DNA from: an uncultured beta proteobacterium
GTDB taxonomy: Bacteria > Pseudomonadota > Gammaproteobacteria > Burkholderiales > Burkholderiaceae_C
Assembly: GCA_963850525.1 (NCBI GenBank)
Contig: CAWKLQ010000011.1
Location: forward strand, 173,196-237,195
Direction of reading: 5' to 3'
DNA: 64,000 bases
Every line of letters begins with the position of its first letter. The stretch's first letter is position 1. The notes below the pieces were generated by a model. That model was given only the letters and a program-made list of their open reading frames with translations. It was not told the DNA's origin and did not search any database. Shown in pieces: positions 58,596 through 64,000 of this stretch. Both the position numbers and the translations under genes were made by a program.

Positions 58596-58615
58596 ACCCC
58601 GGCTTTCGCCGGGGT
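58596..58615 (-). terminator. 8-bp GC hairpin (ACCCCGGC-GAAA-GCCGGGGT on the minus strand) between the DUF35-SDR and cyclase genes
   Basis: Seen directly. No U-tract, so it may be an attenuator or RNA-stability element rather than a terminator. Confidence 0.3.
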
Positions 58616-58656
58616 GACGGCCCTCAGCCTGAGATATGACGAGTTGAATCATGCGC

Positions 58657-59937
58657 TCATCCTCCTGCCGCCAACTCGCGCTCGAGCACCTTCGGGTTCT
58701 CGCGCCAGCGCTCCAGCCACTCTTGCGCCACGTCGCCGGGGTACACGTCTTCTACGCCGTCGCGCAGCGCCTTGATCACCGCACTCGCGAGCGCCTCTGG
58801 CGTGAGCTTGGGTGGCGGCATGTTCTGGTTCCACTCGTCGTCGACCGGCCCCGGAAACACGTTGATCACGCGGATCCCCGCAGTGCGCATCTCGGCGCGC
58901 TGGCATTGCGCGAGCGAGTGCGCCGCCGCCTTGCTCGCGCTGTACGTGCCGTGCGGCGGGAAGTTCGCGAGCGCGTAGATCGACAGCAGGTTCACCCACG
59001 CGGTGGCGTGCGTCGCGCCGTCGGCGGCGCGGCCCATGAGCGCGGGGCCGAATTCCTGCGCCAAGCGCAGCGCGCCGAAGTAATTGACGTCCATCTCGGC
59101 GCGCGCCGCATCGGTGCCGCGCCTTGCGGAAATTCCGAAGGTGCGGTGCACTTCGGCGTTGTTGATGACGATGTCGACCTTGCCGCCGATCTCGCCCGCG
59201 AGCTCGCTGACCGAGCGCGCATTCGTCAGGTCCAGCGGCACGAGGCTCACCTGCGGCAAGACGGTGATGTCGTCGAGGCCGCTGCCGTGGCGCTTCCATG
59301 GTTCGGCGTGGCCGGCCCAGACGATGTCGGCGCCGGCCTGAATGAGCGCCCGCACGAGCGCCTGGCCCACGCCCGTCATCGCGTCGGTGACGAGGATCTT
59401 GCGCAGCTTCGGGTCGCTCGTCATTTCGCGCAGCATCTTGTCATCATTCATGTGCGGGGTCTCCGTAGCGGGAAATGCGATGACGACGGCGCGGCCGGCG
59501 CGGTCCAGGCGCGCGCCGACTTTCACGCGCACGCCGGGCTTGCCTACAACGTCGTGCGCGCTTGAGGCCTGCACGTCGCCGTGCAGATGGACCATCAGCG
59601 TCGGCCCGGCGTCCAGGCGCACGAGGCCCAGGCGCCACGGCAGGCGTTCGCGAAAGAACAAGTCGTTGCTGTGATGCAGCGTCGTCACCGCGAGCAACTC
59701 GCCGGCGCCGCTTTGCGCGCGCCACTTCAGGCGCGGCGAGACGCACGCGCTGCACGCTTCGCGCGGCGGGTACTGAACCGTGGCGCAGTCTTCGCACACT
59801 TGCAGCTCGAAGCGCCCCTCGGCAGCAGCCGCGGTGAGGCCCAGCGCAATCCGGCTGCGGCCCCACGGCGGCAAGTTCATCTGCGGCGTGCGCCGCACCG
59901 GGTTCTTGCGCTTGGGGCGCATCAGCGGCATGGTCAT
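58657..59937 (-). CDS. Fusion protein: N-terminal DUF35 (Zn-ribbon + OB-fold) domain plus C-terminal SDR dehydrogenase domain
   Basis: CEDC...CSAC zinc ribbon and an OB segment (residues ~40-160), then ILVTDAMTGVGQAL, NNAE and YSASKAA (YxxxK). One uninterrupted 426-aa frame. GGAGA RBS. Confidence 0.75.
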   Translation of the reverse strand: MTMPLMRPKRKNPVRRTPQMNLPPWGRSRIALGLTAAAAEGRFELQVCEDCATVQYPPREACSACVSPRLKWRAQSGAGELLAVTTLHHSNDLFFRERLPWRLGLVRLDAGPTLMVHLHGDVQASSAHDVVGKPGVRVKVGARLDRAGRAVVIAFPATETPHMNDDKMLREMTSDPKLRKILVTDAMTGVGQALVRALIQAGADIVWAGHAEPWKRHGSGLDDITVLPQVSLVPLDLTNARSVSELAGEIGGKVDIVINNAEVHRTFGISARRGTDAARAEMDVNYFGALRLAQEFGPALMGRAADGATHATAWVNLLSIYALANFPPHGTYSASKAAAHSLAQCQRAEMRTAGIRVINVFPGPVDDEWNQNMPPPKLTPEALASAVIKALRDGVEDVYPGDVAQEWLERWRENPKVLERELAAGG

Positions 59938-59965
59938 GACGCTGTCTCCGAATCCGTCGGCAGCG

Positions 59966-61162
59966 TCATGATGGTCGCCCCAGAATCACCGCACCCGTGC
60001 ACAGGCAACGGTCGTAAGTGACCATGCCAAAGCCGCTCACCAGGCCGAGCTGCGCGTCTTTCACGGCGTGCCCCGGCGCGGCGTCGGTGAGCTGACGGAT
60101 CGCTTCCGTCATGCCGATGAAGCCCCCCGCCGCACCCGCCTGGCCGCACGAGAGTTGCCCGCCCGACGTGTTGTTCGGAAAGTCGCCGTCGAAGGTCAAA
60201 CGGTGCGCGCGAACGAACGCCGGGCCCTCGCCCTTGGCGCAGAAACCGAGGTCTTCGAACTGCATCATGACGATCACAGGATAGTCGTCGTAGGTCTGGA
60301 CGAAATTCATGTCGGCGGGCTTGGCATCGGCCATCGCGTAAAGCTCCGGCAAGTCAAGCTGCCAGCCGCCGCGCACCATGATCGGGTCTTGCGCAAAGGC
60401 GTTGTGGCGCTCGATCGCGCCGCGCAGCGTCGCGTAGCGAAGCCCCAGATCGCGCGCGCGCTCTTCGCTCATCACGAGAAAGGCCTCGGCGCCGGCGCAT
60501 GGCATGACGCAGTCGAAGAGGTGGATGGGCTCGGCGATCGGCCGCGCGCCCAGGTACTCGTCCATTCCGAGCGGCTTCTTGAAGACGCGTGAGCCCGACG
60601 GGCTTGCCAATCCCGGCAAACCCGCGAGCGCATTCGCGCGCTGATCGACGCAGATCCGGCCGAAGTCCTCGCGCGTCGCGCCGTACTGGCGCATGTAGTT
60701 CGCCGTGATGAACGCAAAGATCGCGTTCGGCCCGCCCGAGCCGTACGGATACGTCGCGTCGCGCGCAAAGCCGCTGAACGACCCCAACATCAGGCGAAAC
60801 GAATCGACGTGGTTCGTGTCCGCGGCCACACACGCGACCACACTCGCGTCACCCGCCTGCACCGCACGCGCCGCACGCCGCAGCGCCATCACACCGGAGG
60901 CGCCGCCATTGGGCAGGTGGTCGAGCCAGCGAGGGCTCAAGCCCAGATGCTGCGTCACACCGACTGCGGTGTCAGGGTTCAGCGAAAAGCTGCTCACCGT
61001 GAGGCCATCGATGTCGCTCTTGGCGATGCCGCTTTGCTTGACAAGCGCCTGGACCGCTTGGCCAAGGAACCACATCGCACCGCGCGTCGAATAGCGCACG
61101 TAGGGCACCGTCACCGGCACGGCGACGGCCACCTCCTCGTAGCCTTTGCGCACCGACGTCAT
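59966..61162 (-). CDS. Thiolase-like protein (SCP-x/lipid-transfer Ltp-type, non-canonical thiolase)
   Basis: 398 aa with thiolase-fold blocks (GASGVMALRRAARAVQAG, CVMPCAGAEAF, NTSGGQLSCGQAGAAGG). GGAG RBS before ATG 61162. The upstream 203-codon open extension was rejected. Confidence 0.8.
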   Translation of the reverse strand: MTSVRKGYEEVAVAVPVTVPYVRYSTRGAMWFLGQAVQALVKQSGIAKSDIDGLTVSSFSLNPDTAVGVTQHLGLSPRWLDHLPNGGASGVMALRRAARAVQAGDASVVACVAADTNHVDSFRLMLGSFSGFARDATYPYGSGGPNAIFAFITANYMRQYGATREDFGRICVDQRANALAGLPGLASPSGSRVFKKPLGMDEYLGARPIAEPIHLFDCVMPCAGAEAFLVMSEERARDLGLRYATLRGAIERHNAFAQDPIMVRGGWQLDLPELYAMADAKPADMNFVQTYDDYPVIVMMQFEDLGFCAKGEGPAFVRAHRLTFDGDFPNNTSGGQLSCGQAGAAGGFIGMTEAIRQLTDAAPGHAVKDAQLGLVSGFGMVTYDRCLCTGAVILGRPS

Positions 61163-61195
61163 GTCGGTTGCTCCATTGCACTTCTCGCGCTTGGC

Positions 61196-61712
61196 GATGC
61201 ATCGGCGCCCAGGGGCGGCGGCTTGCGGCCCTTTGCTGCCGTTCGTCGCGAGCTTCCTGCGACGGTTGCGACGCCAGGGCGGCGGCGGTGCCCCCGTGCT
61301 CCGGCCCACGCTCGCGGGGCACCGTCCAGAAGTGCAAAGCAAAGCCGCGTCAACACGGGACTTACGCTGCATCGGTTGGCAGACACCGCGAATGGGTCCT
61401 GCGCCCGGGGGCACCACCACCGCCCTGCTGCACACACCGGTGGCATGCAGAGCCTTCGCATGCCACCCGAGTGCCGGGGTAGGTGGCTTGGGGTACGGGC
61501 GCAGGCCCCCATTCGCGGTGTGATCAACCTGCACCCGAGAACACCTCGTTGATGGCGCAACGCCAGCGGGCCCAATACGGTGCCCCGCGAGCGTGGGGCC
61601 GGAGAACGTACCCCAGGCCACCTGCCCTTTCTCGACCTCTGCACGCAGGTCGCGCCGAACGGCAGCAACGGGCCGAATGCCGACCTCCCCTCGTGACCCG
61701 GTGCCAGACGTT
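61196..61712. repeat. Long imperfect palindrome (inverted duplication, ~2 x 255 bp) centred on a perfect 8-bp stem / 9-nt loop hairpin at 61441-61465
   Basis: Arms align collinearly by eye. Near-identical blocks: 61222-61250 vs 61651-61679 (25/29); 61299-61325 vs 61577-61604 (27 matches, one 1-nt indel); 61383-61407 vs 61496-61521 (24 matches, 1 mismatch, 1 indel). Outer boundaries are approximate. Confidence 0.8.
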
Positions 61713-61806
61713 TCATGCCGGAAGCCGGCCAGCCTTGAGTCGAATCCGCGCTGAGGCGAATCGCGAGCCAAGGAGGCAGCGAACCCATGAGCTGAAGGGC
61801 CTCACG

Positions 61807-63444
61807 TCAGAGCTGCCGCTTTTTCATCGCGCGAGTATCGATGCAGTGCGCCTGCCCCGGCAGCGCGAGCGCCATTGCCTTCAACTCGCCCCGCTGGACT
61901 TTCTGCGACGGCGTGAGCGGCAGTGCGTCGACGAAGGCGACAAACCCGGGCGCCTTGTAGTAGGCAAGGCGCTCCAGCGCGTGCGCAACGATGCGGTGTG
62001 CGAGCTGCTCGCGTTCCCCCGACGCAACGGGCTCGTGCGTCACGATGCACGCCAGCACCTCGTCGCCACGCAACTCGTCGGGTGTGGCCGCCACCGCGCA
62101 GGCCTTCACTTCGGGCAACTGGCTCAGGACGCTTTCCACTTCTACAGCGGAGATGTTTTCGCCGCTGCGGCGGATCACGTTCTTGCGCCGGTCGATGAAG
62201 TGCAGCAGACCTTCGGAATCGCGATTGACGATGTCGCCGGTGTGGAACCAGCCGCCCTGCCAGGCTTCATCGGTCGCCTGAGCATCTTTCAGGTAACCCG
62301 CGAAGAAGCCGTAACGTGGGTCGGCGCCGACGCGCTTGACGAGCAACTCGCCGGGCTGGCCCACGCCGGCCTCATTGCCATCGTCACCGACGACGCGCAC
62401 CAAAACGTCCTCACTCTCGCGGCCAAAACAACTCGTTCCCACGGATCGCGGCTCGGCGTTGGCCATGATCACCGCACCCGCGCCGGTTTCCGTCATCGCC
62501 CAACCCTCGAGCAGCGGGAAGCCGAAACGCGCTTCGAAGGGTGCGTGCAAGGCCTTGTCGACGCCGGCGCCGAAGCCGAAACGAACCGCGTGGCGCGCAT
62601 CGTCGATGCTCGCCGGAGCCTTCATCAACATCGACGGCATCACGCCGAGGTAGTGCACGATCGTCGCGCGCGATTCGCGAACCGTGTTCCACCAGCTGCC
62701 GGGGTGGAAGCGATCCAGCACCATCAGGCAACTGCCGCTCTGCACACAAGCCAATGTCGAAAACGCCATCGCGTTCATGTGCGCCACGGGCAGCGGCGTG
62801 ACCATGCGCTCCTGACCGGGCCGCAAGTCGCAAAGCCCGCCCACGCTCAGGTACCAGCGCCCCGCGTGCAGGAAGTAGCGGTTCTGCAAGATGCAGCCCT
62901 TGGGTCGGCCCGTCGTTCCCGAGGTGTAGAGCAGCGCGCATTCACTCAGCTCGTTGGGAGGCGCGTGGCCATCGGGCGCGGCGCTCGGCGCAGGTGGAGG
63001 AACCTCGCCGTCCGCGATCACCGCGAGGCGCCTGCCGACGGCCGCAGCGGCAGCTCGCAAGCCGGCATGGCGCTGCGGCACCGCGACCGCGAGCGCGATC
63101 TCGGAGTGGCCCACCAGGTACTCCAGCTCGGCTGAGCGCAGGTCGGCGCTGATCGGAACGACGGACACGCCCAGCCCGTTCAGAGCGAACCAGTGCAGAA
63201 AGAACGCCGGCCGGTTGTCGAGCAACAAGCCGACGCGGTGCCCGCCGCCATAACCCGCACGTGCATAGGCTTCACGCAAGGCGAGGATGCTGCGCTGCGC
63301 CTGCGCGTAGCTCAAGGCACCCGCGGCAATTCCATAAGCCACGGCAGTCTCGGGCAGGACCTCAAAAAACGGCGGATCCGCCCAGCGCGCTGCGGCTTCT
63401 TCGAATGCGCCAGCGACCGTGGCGGAAGAAGAAGGCATGCCCAC
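61807..63444 (-). CDS. AMP-dependent synthetase/ligase (acyl/aryl-CoA ligase)
   Basis: LLYTSGTTGRPKG (AMP-binding motif I), WFHTGD, and the C-terminal KVQR-type lysine region. GTG 63444 or ATG 63438. Confidence 0.9.
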   Translation of the reverse strand: MGMPSSSATVAGAFEEAAARWADPPFFEVLPETAVAYGIAAGALSYAQAQRSILALREAYARAGYGGGHRVGLLLDNRPAFFLHWFALNGLGVSVVPISADLRSAELEYLVGHSEIALAVAVPQRHAGLRAAAAAVGRRLAVIADGEVPPPAPSAAPDGHAPPNELSECALLYTSGTTGRPKGCILQNRYFLHAGRWYLSVGGLCDLRPGQERMVTPLPVAHMNAMAFSTLACVQSGSCLMVLDRFHPGSWWNTVRESRATIVHYLGVMPSMLMKAPASIDDARHAVRFGFGAGVDKALHAPFEARFGFPLLEGWAMTETGAGAVIMANAEPRSVGTSCFGRESEDVLVRVVGDDGNEAGVGQPGELLVKRVGADPRYGFFAGYLKDAQATDEAWQGGWFHTGDIVNRDSEGLLHFIDRRKNVIRRSGENISAVEVESVLSQLPEVKACAVAATPDELRGDEVLACIVTHEPVASGEREQLAHRIVAHALERLAYYKAPGFVAFVDALPLTPSQKVQRGELKAMALALPGQAHCIDTRAMKKRQL

Positions 63445-63449
63445 GTGCC

Positions 63450-63923
63450 CTACATGAACAACTGCATGCTGCCGAACGCAGCGTCGCAGTTCACGAGGTC
63501 GACGCGCTTCTGCTTGATGCGCAATGCCCCGTCCTGACTCACCAGCGTGTGCGTCGCCCAGCCGGCGTAAAGCGTCTGTTCGTCCAGGCGCGTTTCGACA
63601 TAGTGGAACGCGGTGCGCGTGGTGTAGACGCCCGCCGCATCGTCGCGCGCCTCGACGCTCGGCTGCTGCAGCAAGTGGTGGCAGCGGCTGCGCGGCTGCT
63701 GCGAGAACGTTCTCGCGCCGTGCAGGCGCTCGACGCGGATTTTCAGCAGCAGCTTGTCTTCATACATCAACGAGGCGTGCAGTTTGGCGTCGGTCTGGCC
63801 GTGCGCGAGCGGCATCCAGTACACGCCGTCTTCAGCGAACAGGTTCAGCCAGTCGTCGAAACGCAGTTCGTCGAGCAGGCGCGCTTCGGCGACGACGAAG
63901 TCAATGAGTTGCTGGTTTGTCAT
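63450..63923 (-). CDS. Aromatic-ring-hydroxylating dioxygenase beta subunit (SnoaL-like fold)
   Basis: EARLLDELRFDDWLNLFAEDGVYWMP...LMYEDKLLLKIRVERL matches the Ring_hydroxyl_B pattern. ATG 63923 has an AAGGG RBS; the ORF track start at 63950 is also possible. Confidence 0.75.
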   Translation of the reverse strand: MTNQQLIDFVVAEARLLDELRFDDWLNLFAEDGVYWMPLAHGQTDAKLHASLMYEDKLLLKIRVERLHGARTFSQQPRSRCHHLLQQPSVEARDDAAGVYTTRTAFHYVETRLDEQTLYAGWATHTLVSQDGALRIKQKRVDLVNCDAAFGSMQLFM

Positions 63924-64000
63924 GCTTGCGACCCTTTTTACCTCTGTCATCCGGGCGCAAGCCGGGATGCTTCGCCAGCCGCAGCGCTGGGTGCATGCAG

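Noticed and set aside
61146-61788. ORFs inside the 644-bp gap (61146-61523 +, 61168-61482 +, 61159-61788 -) and the 203-codon upstream extension of the thiolase frame
   Set aside because: Translations are R/W/C/P-rich with no motifs. Arm-to-arm indels break every frame between the conserved blocks. The thiolase has its own RBS and ATG at 61162.
61163-61806. Known riboswitch, retron, group II intron fragment or RNase P/tmRNA in the gap
   Set aside because: I looked for a B12 box, ykkC, ZTP and glycine cores, a domain-V-like hairpin, and tmRNA/RNase P signatures, and found none. No RT gene is nearby. This cannot be excluded without a covariance-model search.
63947-64000. Possible 3' end of a Rieske dioxygenase alpha-subunit gene at the window edge
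   Set aside because: A minus-strand frame ends with TGA at 63947-63949, 23 nt before the beta-subunit ATG. That position is sensible, but 17 codons with mediocre GC3 are too little to support a call.

Overview
GC-rich chromosomal segment; third codon positions are mostly G/C. Gene order looks betaproteobacterial, Burkholderiales/Comamonadaceae-like (hslVU, dksA, corC-lnt, glyQS-gmhB-plsC), but this taxonomic call is inference only. I support about 60 protein genes. I saw no rRNA, tRNA or CRISPR array. Layout: (i) 0-18.8 kb is a housekeeping block: icmF 5' end, coaX, hslVU, a Cys-poor DksA with a histone-H1-like tail next to a COG0523 GTPase, corC-lnt, D-aminoacylase, BASS transporter, glyQS-gmhB-plsC and an M48/YgjP peptidase. 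(ii) 18.8-23.5 kb is a small accessory patch: IS66 remnant, HxlR plus a cytochrome P460-family protein, a membrane-anchored Mrr-like nuclease-fold protein, an aldo/keto reductase and a polyproline DUF3297 protein. (iii) 23.9-28.7 kb is a translationally coupled 4-gene operon: DUF805, an FAD-oxidase/SAM-methyltransferase fusion, an exported protein and an alpha/beta hydrolase. (iv) 28.8-39.3 kb is a long minus-strand run: SNF2 helicase, then a GntR-controlled sugar-acid-type cluster with a TRAP transporter. (v) 40.4-45.2 kb holds an IlvD/Edd dehydratase and a nirK(cyt c fusion)-nirV-SCO copper nitrite reductase cluster behind a DNR/FNR-type box. (vi) 46.2-51.0 kb holds an LLM oxidoreductase and an ABC-transporter/formamidase operon behind a sigma-54 promoter. 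(vii) 51.1-56.5 kb holds redox/stress genes: cupin, small lipoprotein, SDR-DoxX, DCC, GbsR and GST. (viii) 56.5-57.7 kb is an XRE-AbiEii toxin-antitoxin pair with an operator. (ix) 57.8-64.0 kb is a CoA-dependent catabolic operon: Rieske dioxygenase beta subunit, acyl-CoA ligase, thiolase-like protein, DUF35-SDR fusion and cyclase. The most unusual observation is a 644-bp non-coding gap inside that last operon (61163-61806). It is occupied by a ~0.5 kb imperfect palindrome with four near-identical blocks, and I cannot assign it to any element class I know. All coordinates and identity counts were derived by eye from the sequence and the ORF track. Many start codons are approximate.
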